A stretch of 64,000 nucleotides of DNA from positions 302,722-366,721 of the forward strand of contig CAJINV010000017.1 of assembly GCA_905178155.1 (NCBI GenBank), written 5' to 3'. The position numbers and the translations under genes are program-made. Shown here piece by piece: positions 1-12,100 of this stretch; within the stretch, counting starts at the first letter, position 1; each line of letters starts with the position of its first letter. The notes under the pieces are model-generated. The model saw only the letters and a list, made by a program, of their open reading frames with translations, did not search any database and was not told the DNA's origin. Source of the DNA: Amoebophrya sp. A120 (taxonomy: Eukaryota; Protista; Dinoflagellata).

Positions 1-143
1 GTGCAAAAGTATCGTATTCGTATAAATGCAAGTCTTGCATCACAAATTTCTTTCTCAAGGTAAATCAGCATTACAAATTTCATTTCTCATGCTGAGAAAA
101 TTTGTAATGCATTTATACGAGTACGATACTTTTGCAGTTCATA
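1..143. mobile_element. Introner-like TIR element, family A (left end cut by window edge)
   Basis: TIR TGCAAAAGTATCGTA.TCGTATAAAT / ATTTATACGAGTACGATACTTTTGCA, ending GTTCATA. Near reverse complement of the element at 56699-56842. Confidence 0.9.
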
Positions 144-3100
144 TGATTGACATCATTTTCGCGCCCTGCTCGCTCTCCGACGCGGCAACAGGGAGTTTGA
201 TTGTCGTGCCCCACGACTTGACGACTTTAAGAGAGGCGTTTGATGGCACAAAGGTGAAAAAGCTGACTTGTTTAATTCCCCAGGGGCCAGTCAATTCAGG
301 CGTCTACTTGCCTCGATTCGCGATTTCGAGACAGATCCTCGCGACAGTCGTTCCTGAGGAGTTTTACGAGACTTTCTTCACGATCAAGATGCCGTCAGAC
401 GTGAAAAACGTCGTGCCGAGCTACGCGCTGATTGGCGAGGGCTACGACAATCAGTACAAGATTTTGGAGGAGGACTACGAGGGCGAGGAAGTATCCAGTG
501 CAAAAGTATCGCACTCGTACTAAAAATTGCAGTCTGGCATGACAGATCCGCTTTGCTACTTGAACCTGCATGACAAATTTCATTTTTCTTTCTGGGAAAA
601 TTTGTCATGCGATTTATACTAAATACGATACTTTTGCAATGCATAGGAAGATTACGAAAACGACTTCGGCTACGCGGACCAGCTCGTCACTGCCTCCGCC
701 GTGCACGTCGATAACAACGCAAGAACTTTCTCGTCCTTATACGACGAATTATCCGCTAAGGAATCCCAAATCTCCAGCGGTCTCTGCGCGCTCATTCCCG
801 AGTCAGAAGCCATGTCCACCTCGATCAACAACGAGCAATTCCGGTGGGGAATGGTGTATGATAACGCGGTGTGCACGGGCCCCCGGCCGATCGACTTAAC
901 CAAAAACGTCTTCCGTTATTCCCCGTCGAAAGACCCATACCGCGATTGGGCGACGTCGAATCTGCGCGTCATCACGATCCGACTGTTCGGGGTGGACACG
1001 ATGACGCCGAAGAGGATCTTGGGTTACAACGCCGACTACACGGTGGAAATGAAGCAGAAAGACACGGATGTAATTTGGTACGACCAGGCGGGCGTCAGCA
1101 AATTGGTTTTCAACGGCAGTAATTTCACGGATGTTGCGACGTTGATCCCAAGTGGGGTGTTCGCCTGTCGCTTTGAAAACTCACTTTTGACAAACGCGAC
1201 CGCTTTGTCCGTTTCCCAAGCGGCTTGCGACATGCCGAAGACCGATTTCTTCCGCGCAAAGGGAAAAATCAAGGTGGATTTAGGGCTGAAGATCGACGAC
1301 GACGCGTTCTACCCAGCGAATGAAGAATCTTTCACGCTGGAAGTGTTGCAGTCGCCGAAAATAACCGCGACAAATCGGTTCATCGTCTACAACACCACGG
1401 CAGACCCGGTACAGCTTATCACAGACGATCAACCCACGATGGACCTGTATGGAAATGCGCACGTGAAGCAAAATCGGTTTTTAACATTGAACCCCTTGAA
1501 ATTGGGCTACAGCTTCATCCTGTACGGGCGGAACTACCCCGCGGCCGAAGATGTTTCTACTGTGCTATGTATCTTCAGGATCGCCGCTGCCGATCCCGTC
1601 AAGGAGTACATCCCGAGCGCGCAGCAACTGTACAAGACGACGGCGGTTTGCTATGCGCAGAAGGTTTGCTACTGTTTGACGCCGAGATTGCACGACAATG
1701 TGATGAAGACGACGACGAAATTGGAGCTGTTTGTGTCGCTCCGGTTTTTGTTTAATTACTACGAACTCACCAATTATCACGACACCAGCGAGTTCCCCGT
1801 GGAAGTGGAGGTATGGCAGACGAATGAGAAAAAAACCACATCTATCAAGTGCAAAAATGTCTGGGTCTGGAAGAATGCATGTTTGTCATGGTTGTCTAGC
1901 ATAACTCTTAAATCTGTCATGCGCGTTACCCAAGAGCTCCATTCTTCTGTGATGCAGAAACGCAGTCTGTCATGCAGAATAGGCAACACCTAGAATCTCA
2001 GAAACTTGTCATGCTGAGCCAGCATTTGTGGCCTCATCATGAGACGCCACCCAGCATCACAAGTTTCCAGACCCAGACACTTTTACATTTGATAACATCT
2101 GCCCCGATTATGTCCTCTATGCAGACGACGTTCACCAGCTCGATCCAGATCCCGTACAGATCCTTCAGGAAGAACAATCTGCAGGAATCCATAACTATGC
2201 ATTGCAAAAGTAACGTACTAGTATAAATTGCATATACAAATTTTGGCAAGAAGAAAAATGGAATTTGTAATGCTGTTTTACCTTAGGAGGAAGATTTGTC
2301 ATGCGTATTTGCAATTAGTACGTGTGCGATACTTTTGCACAGCATAAGAACAAAGTCGCAAGTCCGTCAACCGGTGATCGGCGGGGTGACGCGGAAGATG
2401 ACGACAACAACGCACGACTCGATGTTCGAATCCTACCCGGCGTCCGCGCCACTGAATCTGAGGAAACAGAGGCTCTACGTGAAAGCCGCCGCGCCGATCG
2501 TGGAGTTTCTCGGTTACGCCCCTTACACCTGTAATTTCGAAGACAAAAACTTCGGGTACAACACAAGGAACGTAATCAGGCGCAAGTTGGATCCGAACGC
2601 GACAGACTCGGAGGAAGTCGAGGAGCAGGAAAGAGACATCATCAGAGCGGTTGTTTCCGTCGGTATTGCGGTGGATGACACGAGCTTTTACTGCTTGATA
2701 CCTAGTGTGTCTGAGCCGAAATCAGTCTCGGTGCGCATCATGTCGCCGTTGGGGCGAACGGTGCACCGGATTGATAATTTCATCTACTACGAGCCGCTGC
2801 TGAATGGGGAATTTGTGTTGAACGAAAGGGATTTCGCTGGCGCGACGGAGGAGCAAAAGACGAACCCGGATGTCCCGCTACCGGCAAGAAGCTACAAATC
2901 CGCTTTGTTTATCAATTTCCGGGTGGAAACCCCGACCGTTGCGTACCGGTCACTCAATATGCAGTGCATGTTCGACTTCCGGCACGCGGTTTTCCCGGCT
3001 TTGATCGAATCGGATCGGATTACCTGTGACTGGGACCGCTACGGGATCGACCTCGCTGCGAAATTTGCGTACTTGGACAGACACGATTTGAAGAAGCAGC

Positions 3101-6100
3101 TGAATGTGACCACCCCGAACTTCTTGGTGAATGAAACGCGACTGTTTTCCAGAAGGTTGAGACTCTTGTACGACAACGTGTACGAATCCGAGCAGTTCTT
3201 GGATGTTCCGGTCGATCCAGAAGCGGAGCGGACGAAACTGTTTGGCCCGGAGTTGGAGAAGAAGGACTTGTCTTCCATTGTCGACCCGGTTACCGGGAAA
3301 ATCACGCTCGCGGACGAGATCGAGGCGGCCAAGCCGGTCATGCAAGTCAGCTACTTGGATGCGAACTCGCCCGGTCCGAGGCCGAGCGACCACCACAACT
3401 ACTGCGACTCGGAACTGTTACTCCTGGCCGCGGAGCCGAACAAGGGGCGGATTTTGTCCGGTTTGCAGCAAGTTACTTTGTACTTCGAGTCCGTCGCGGA
3501 TTGGACGCAAGACCCGTCGGACTGCATCATGCGCGGAGAGTATCGTACGAAAAAAGTGTTTCACTGTAAGGATTTTGCAAGTTTGGCATGACAAGTTCGT
3601 TACACATGACAGGGAAAACTTGCCATGCGAGGTTCCTAAGGGAAAACACAGCTAAAAATCGCCTGTCTTGCATGTGTAGCAAGACAAACACTTCTGAGAT
3701 GCAGTTTCTGCATTACAAGTTTACAGTGAAACAGTTTTTTATTGCGATAGAGAGCAGTCGCACCAGCCGGGCGGCGGGGAGATTCGGAGAAGGAAAATCG
3801 CGGGCTGCTTTTTCGACGAGTACTTCGCCCCGGCGGTGGAGTACGCGCGGGATTTCGTTTCGTGTGTCGCGCCGACGGTTTTGATGGCCCACCAAGCGGA
3901 TGTGTTTGTGGCATACGAGTATGAGTATCTGGAAACCGCGGAGGAGTACGAACAGTACATAAAATTCGTGCAGTACAGAATCGAAGAAGAAAAGCAGCTG
4001 GCGCTTTCCGGAAGTGAAAAACCTTTAACCAGGACGGAGAGAAATCGGTTGGCGCAACTGCCGAGCAGGACCAGCATCGTGAAGGGGACTTACGCGCTGG
4101 CCTTTTTCTTCTACGAGGCAGAGACGGTCGAGCAGGTGTATTTGTCGATGGAAAACAAGTTGGTTTTGCAGATGAAGCCGAACCCGTTTTTGCAGTCCGA
4201 CGATTTGTCTGTCCAACTAGGGGATTGGACGGGGGAGAACGTACGGTATTTAGACAACTCGACCTTCGAAGTTTCGGTTCCCGCGCTCGCAAGCTCCTAC
4301 GGGTCCGGGGAAATAAGCGAAGATGCGGATGAGTCTGAGAAGAGTAGTCTTTTTTCCTACAAGGTGCCGGAAGTTTTGGGGATGGACGGAAAGGGCGATC
4401 CGGATCTGCCCTTTTCTTTCTCGAGACAAACGAAACTCTCGGAAAGCCAGCATGGGCTGATGCGCAAGTTCAACTTAACGCTAGACTCGGACCACGTGCG
4501 GTTTCACGACATGCTGATGAACGTGGGGCTGAAGTTTTACTACGTGCCAGTGGATAACGTTGACAACACGAGATACTACGTGAAATTTGATCCTCCACCG
4601 ACGTCGACACTAGGGGGCGGCGGAAGCAGTGTTGGTGGAGGATTTTCTCTCGCTGGAACATCAAGCGATGGTGTAGTTTCTGAGCCGGTGGAAGTTTTGT
4701 TCGTGCGGCAGGCGAAAGAGCAAGAGGCAACCGAACCTGTTTCCAAGCCGCATTTTCTCGACAACGTCGAGCTAGAGTCGGGAACGACGGGCAAGAAGTT
4801 GAAGCTGCACAATTCCACGCTTTTTCAAATTGCCTACAACACGGATTCCAGCACTCTGAAAACTCCCGTTGACGTGATCGAGGTGGCGATTAAACATCCA
4901 GACACCGAGTCGTTCATCTGCGTGGACGAGTTGACAAGTCAGCTGATTCATCTAGAAAATTCCGAAGCCAGGTGCAAGTTCAGAATCGATTTCGTCTTCC
5001 CGACCGCGAAATCCATCGATTTCACCAGTCGCTATCTAGAATTCTTGCGGAACTTCGGGCAGCAGAACGCGGCAAAGGCACTGGAATTTCTCTACACGGA
5101 CGGGGACAAAGTGTTGACGCCTTTACCCGGTAGCTCAAGCAGCACGGATTTCCAGATTTCCGCGACGAAAAAGAAGTACAATGCGCTGCAGCTCCGGGCG
5201 AGCTACAATCCGGTGAACTTCGACGGAACGTACTTCCCTCTGCGGAGTTTCAGCAAGTACCCCTTTATCCGAGAGGCGAAATTCTCGATGGACGGCGGAA
5301 AAATGTTCTTCGCGCCAAACGCTTACGGCCTAGTCGGGAACAGCAACGCCGTATGCAGACTCGGGAATTACGGGCCTTTCCCGGTGGAAGCGGTTTCGGT
5401 CAACGCGACATCATCAACCGGCAGCTCTTCCAGTCGTGAACAAATCACGTACCGAAAGTGCGACATGGCGACGGCGGTGGTGTCTGGGATTCTTTCTGCC
5501 GGCGCGGAGCCGAATTTGGTGGAAGCATCCAGTATCTCCCGATCTGCGTTCTACGGGTCTCGCGCGGCGGGCTTTTACGGGACCACAGTGGATGAATTAC
5601 CCTTCGCCGTGGTGCAGGCTGGGATAAATGCGACGGAGTTTGGAAATTTACTCGACTTCGAGTCCATGGCGGTTTTTGATTCTCGGTTCACGAAATTGGG
5701 AGAATTTATCGTGGAGGAGACGGAGGAAGAGGAAATCGCGCGCAGACAGGCCGAACAGGCGGTGGAAGATGCGAAGACGAACCCGCTCTATTCCTCTACG
5801 TCGACAAGCTCCACGAGCACGACGACGACGACAACTTTACCCGAGGAAAAAAAGCAGTTCTACTCCGTGAACATTCCGTCCGAATCCTGGGGGTCTATTA
5901 CCATCGCAGAGATTGAGCCGAAGTTTGGAAGGCTCGAGGGCGGCACGCCTCTGACCATTCTCGCAAAGCTGCCGTTATTGAACGACAGGATCTCCCCACT
6001 AGCGTCGTTGACTTGCAACTTCGGCAATCTCTACACGACCCCAGTGGACGTGATCGCGCCTACGTTTCCCAACGCATATGCATTGCAAAAGTATCGTACT

Positions 6101-9100
6101 CGTATAAATTGCATTCATGCATGACAAATCTCTTTCTAAACCTGAAAAAGCATTACAAATTCCACTTCTGTTCTTGCCGGAATTTGTGATGCAATTTATA
6201 CTAGTACGATGCTTTTGCATTGCATAACGCAACGAGAATCACGATCAAGAACAACGCGAACGGGAAAACAACGTTTTTGTCGGTGCACCGGAACCCGCAC
6301 AACCTCGGGTCGTTCAATTCGATGGCATCTGTGAACGACTACCCGAGACTAGACCAGGCGTTCTACGACGTCGCGCTTTCCGACCAGGAGCAGGAGTGGG
6401 AGATTGTGACGAAGTCGAGGAATACGGTCGCAAGCCCGATCGACCACTACTATTACTTGTTTCACCCGGAAACGAAGTTGTTCTTACATGTAAAACCGGA
6501 GTTCCTCTACTGTTCGTCCGAGCACGTGTTTGACGGGTTCAAAAACGAAACCGAGCCAACAGTGGTGCAGAACTGCACGACGTACATGCGGGACAACACG
6601 ACTTTAACCGCGTCGGACTACCACTTCGCGATGATTGATCTAGACAAAAACTTCCGAGTTAATACAGAACACCAAACCGAGCCTGATTTCGACGAAACGG
6701 ACGCGTTGTTTGAGTTCCGAATCACGCAAGCCGCTAGTAAACTATTGGGGAACGGGGCGGAGTTCACGATGTTCCACGTGAAAACCAACACTTTCGCGGA
6801 GGCGGTGCACAATTTCTCGACGAACAGCTTTGAACTTTCCGACTACGACAACGATGTCTACAGTCAGCCGCCCTACAAGGCGAACGTCACTTTCGACGTC
6901 GCGGGGTCGGTGCGCGTGAAGCCCAAGAAGCTTGAAAAATCATCCCTACAAACCGGGGGTGTGCAGGATTTTTTCCAACTCAACAGCTTCCTCACTTTCC
7001 AGATGGACATCCGCGAAACCGCCTACCCCTGGTGGTCGGCGTTGCGGTGCAAATCCCCAGCGCACACCGAGCCGGGGGTCTTGCCGATCATCATCTCCAC
7101 CGGTATGGGGGAAGAAACGGACAACAAAAAGATCGCGGACATGATGCAGAAAAGCTTGGGCGCGGACCAAAGCTTCAGTCCCGGCGGCGAGGATGACGAT
7201 TCGCTTGGCGCGGGAATTGTGAATATGGGGAAAGGGGCGTTTGAATATTTGCCAAACTTCTACGTGAAGGACTACTCCCCGAAGCAGCTGTTCGATGTCG
7301 TGCACACCGACTACGAATTGATGCCGATTCGGTACGTCACATTCACGGTTGGCAATCTGGACCAGCCGGGAATGCGGAGCTTGGCAAACAGCTGGACGAG
7401 GTAAGTGAACGATTTGGTTTTTGTTTTTCTTTTCTTGTGGTAAAGTTTATTCACGCGGCCCAACGAATCAAGTAGAAAGAACAAGCGTGTGATAGCATGC
7501 TGGGTAATGTTACTCTGCATGGTATCACGCACTAGATATTGATGTGGTGCGGGTTACTGCCGTGACAGCATCGTGGATAGAGTTACGCAGCACGACACTA
7601 CAGCGATTTTTTTCTCAAACACACGATACCGTCGTGTGACAGATGATGGTGCATGGTGTTAAGGCATCTCTCTTGCAGCATCTCTTTGGCACCATTCGTT
7701 ATTCTTCCAAGTGTATGTCACAAAACAGGTACGAGCCCTGGTGCAACGTCAACACCCTGATCGCCCGGGGCGTCTGGATCGGGCGGGACAAAGTGCAGTG
7801 CCCGATCAAACGAACCTTACCGCTCCTGGGCCGCGCGCGGTTCTTCTCCGAGCCGGTGAAACGCGATCTGACCCCGGTGGTCAAGACCTACATGCAGGAC
7901 CCAGACCACCCCGCGAACTACACAGTTCTGAGACTTCTCCGCGGTCCGACGGTCAAACAGCCCGAACCCTTGTACCGGTTGCGGGACGGGGAGGTTGGGC
8001 CCAGCCGGGATTATTGGGACGACTTCTACGAGCACGAGTCTGAGAAAGCCAACCACGAGTATTACGTGGGCTTCAGTTTGAACGGACCCAACGGGGATTT
8101 TGTGTTCCCGGAAGCGGGGAATATTCGGGAGGAGCAGCTGAAAATAAAAGCCGGAACAGCAAGTGCATCAACTTCATCTGTGGACACAAATAACCCACTG
8201 GGCCTCTACCCGGATTCAGGCACCGGAGCACCCTACGACAGTGAGACCGCTAAACGAGAAGGGGAGGTTTTGTCAAACCCGAAAGAGATTTTGAACATTC
8301 CAGTGAAGAAGTTCTCCGTGCCCTTCGCCGGTACACCTCTGTCGCTCTCGCGTGACGGCGGGCAAATCACTTTGAATGGGTTGGATTGGAACGAGGACCT
8401 GGTTGATCTGTCGCAGCAGGGGGTTTTTCAACTTTTCCTCATCTTCGAATTCTCCATGGTCTCCAACAACTTGCAGAACGAAGAGCACCCTTGTTTCTAC
8501 CTGAACAGGTTGGAAGCAAAGTGCAACCGGCCGTTTATGTACGACGAGGCCTTGCTCCCGACAGTCTCCATCCCACTCACCATGCGGGCGGTTTTAGACG
8601 GGGCCTCGTACCAGTTTGCTTTACCGTTCAATGTCACCTTCGCGGACGTGAACTTGGTCACGAGCGTGTTCCCCAAGTACATCCCGATGGTGCGGGACTC
8701 CGCCGAGGCCTGGCAGTCCTCGTATCCGGTTTCCGACCTGAGTACGCAGCAAACGCAGCTGGTGAAGAGGTCCGCGGACTTCACCCTCTTCGGCGGGCCG
8801 TTCAACGCCTTGCTCCCCTACGTCTGCGTGTGGTTCGAGCCGGACGGGAAAGCGTTAGCCGTGACGAACGTGACGAGCTCCCAACCCGACAGGCTGCTCT
8901 GCAACACGCCAAATGCCTACGTCCCCGGGGACATGGAGGTGTCCGTCTTCGTATTCCCCGCGTTTGAGCTCTTGTCCATGACGACGCTAGAGAGCCCGGA
9001 CTTACGCCTGCCGGACATCTACGAGGATTTAGGCGGTCTGGCCGTGGGCTCCGGGTCCGTTGCGTTTTACTCCGCGCCGGTCGTGACAAGCGTCTACCCC

Positions 9101-12100
9101 GCGAGCTGCGGTCTCGGGAAGGATCTGCAGCTTACCGGGTTGTACTTCGACAGAGTCTATCAAATGTAAAAATGTCTGGGTCTGGAAGCTTCTGAAACTT
9201 GTCATGCACGTTGTGCATGAGCCATGATGTCTGTGATGCATACCCTAGCAAAACAGATTTTTTGAGGGCTTCTTGATGCGTATTCCGCATGACAAAACCT
9301 TCTCAGCGTAGCAAAAATTGCATTCCCTTTGGTACTCATGCAATACAGATTTTTTTGGAATCCACGTGCAGCATCACAAGTTGCAATCTTCCAGACCCAG
9401 ACATTTTTGCAATTCATAAAGTCCCTGATAAGACCAAGATCCACTGCACGTTCAGCGACATCGGGTCGCCGCGAGGAGTATCAAAATGAAAAATCCCCCC
9501 TCCCCATATTGAGACGGAAACTTCTGTTGCTGAATTTGTGTACACAAATCAGCCCTGTCTTGCAGTGAGGCACTACAGGCAAGGCCCCAGCCTGCGTATG
9601 GGTGTTTTGTTGTAGGCTCTTGGCATAAGAGAGGCCTGCCATGTAGGTGAAACAGCATTACAAATCGCCTCCATAAGGCGGCGGATTCTTTGGCTTTGCA
9701 TTCTTGCAAGACAGATGTGATTTGTGACCTCAAATCCGCAACGCATGCAAATTTTTGCAAACATACCTTTTCGATAAGGGGAGGGGGGATCTTTCCTCTC
9801 AATAAGGAGATGCGTACTTGCGGCAAACGCACACGCAGATCGCGACCGAGTTGATCGTCGAGACAATCATCCCGCCGTCGTTTGAGAACAAATTTTCCAG
9901 GCAGGAATCCTACGCGCGCTGCGCCTGCCCGGACCGGGATTTGCTGGGAACGGCCAGCCAAATCATGTTCCAGCTGATGGCGAACGGGGAGCAGTTTATC
10001 TCCAGTCCGCAGATCCTCGGTGTGGAACAGATGCCGTCTTTCTTGAAACTACCGAATTTCGTCGACATGGACATCCCGACCGCTGAGGCGTATCCACCGC
10101 AGTTACTCCAGTACGGGGTGAGCAGCGGCGCTTTGCTGCCCTTGTTTGTCCACCCGTCTTCGAGTTATTCCGGGCCAAGTGGGGAATATTTGAACACCGA
10201 CAAGGAAAAAACACTGTTTTGCCAAGTGGCGAACGTCGCCGGGAGGGTTTTGGCCGTCGACCAGAAATTCGCGACCCAGGCTGGGGAATTCTCCCCCCAG
10301 TCGCTGTTCGGCGGTGCGGCGGCCAGGCATTACTGCCACCTCCCGGTCTTCACGCTGCGGAACCAAACTTTGCCATCCGCCGAAATGTACGCTTCGTTCG
10401 ACGGGGTCACCTGGTTCTTCGTGAACAAGGTAACCGTGAACCCAGCGCCAGTTTTGAAAGAACTTAAAGCTCCTCCGGGCTTAACGGAGGGCGGGTTGTA
10501 CCGACTGGACGAAATGCAGTATGGCGATATCTTCGAAAAGGGCTACATGGAGATCGGCACGGTAATGGGGGAAAATTTCGTCCCGGGGTGCAATTGCTTG
10601 TTCTCCTCCGACTACGTAGCGGATGGTCCGGGGAACCAGATTGTTGATTTGATGGATCAGCAAAAGTACGCCGTGTCGGAGCACTCCACCGTGGTGGACT
10701 CAACGAAAATCATGTGCGCGTTTCCGCCGAAACTCTTCTTCGAGAAGTTCCTGGTGTCCGTCGCCTGTCCGCCGACGACGATCGCGCAAAACTCGCTGTG
10801 GTTTATTCCGCCGAACCGGCTACCGAAAATCCGGCAAATTTACCCGGACTCCCTCGGCGCCTATTTGCAAAACACGATCACCATCTACGGGCACAACTTC
10901 CACAGCTACATTGGGCGCGTGAAGGAGCACATGAAGAACAAATTTGATCAATTGATCCCCAGCAGGGATGACTACAACGCGATGAATTCCCCCTTAAGGG
11001 TTCGCTTTAGTGGCTACCCAATCGGCGGCGACGACAACGATTTCCCGGTGGAAATTGTTTCCGACACGATTTTGCGTGCGAAGATCCATTTCCGGTTCGA
11101 CCCCCCGCCAAGGTTCGTCAAAGCGGGGTTTACGAGGAGAGATTACAACAATCGGGTGCGGGTGACGTTGTTTCTGTCCGACGTGAACCAGGAGACAAAT
11201 TACGTGGAAATTGATGTTAGACGACCCAGTTCCGCGATTTTCGTGGCCGCGAACCCGCTAAGTCTCGCGCCGCAGGTATCGCAAGAAAAAACTGCTTCAC
11301 TGTAAACTTGTGATGCATAGAACGGAACGCAAATGCGTTTGTCTTGCTACACATGCAAGACATCGGATTTTTAGCTGTGTTTTCCAATAGAAAGCACGCA
11401 TACCAAGTTTTCTATTGTCATCTGTAACAAACTTGTGATGCAGATCTTGCAAAATCATCACAGTGAAACAGTTTTTTCGTGGGATAGCAGGGCACGCGGG
11501 ACTACAGTTTGGTCGTCGAGGGGCACAACTTCCACTATACGGATTTAGAGCGGCAACTGGACTTAACGCTAGTTCCCTATCCCTACGTGTGGTGCCGAAT
11601 TGGCGATTTGGTCACGGATGCCTACGTGAAAAACGACACGCGGGTCCAGTGCCGGGTCCCTGCGTCCTTCTCCCAGCAGACGTCAATCCAGATTATCAAC
11701 ATCAAGGAGGGAATTTCCACCCCATTGCTCCCGTTCGAGTACTACAGCGTCCCGAAGAAACTCACCTACAGCTTCAACGAGCTCCCCTACGCGCTGACGC
11801 CATACTCGTCTTTGGCGATTTTTGGCGAGCTGTTTCCGATTGGCAGCAGTGAATGTGAGCTGTACTTTGATTCCATGCCGACCCCGGCGTTGGTGCAGAC
11901 AGTGGAGCTGATGACGGTCACGATCCCTCGCTTCACGTCCGCTTTGCGAGTGACTCTCACCCTGAAATGCGGCGCCGCGCAGATGGGCCCGACGCAGAAC
12001 TTCTACTTCACGGAGAAGCCGGAGTTGTTAGCTGTGTACCCCACGAAATTCAACGTTGAGGGCTATGAGTGGGTCACGCTGCACGGTAGGAATTTCATCG

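Noticed and set aside
1843-1880. Recurrent peptides CKNVWVWK, FQTQTFLHLI, QKYRTRI, GKIPPPHI at ORF ends as a protein domain
   Set aside because: They are read-through translations of the element TIRs, not coding sequence.
9490-9800. G-quadruplex role for the family D GGGGAGGGGGG tract
   Set aside because: Only two G-runs per end, and they are complementary to the C-tract of the other TIR.
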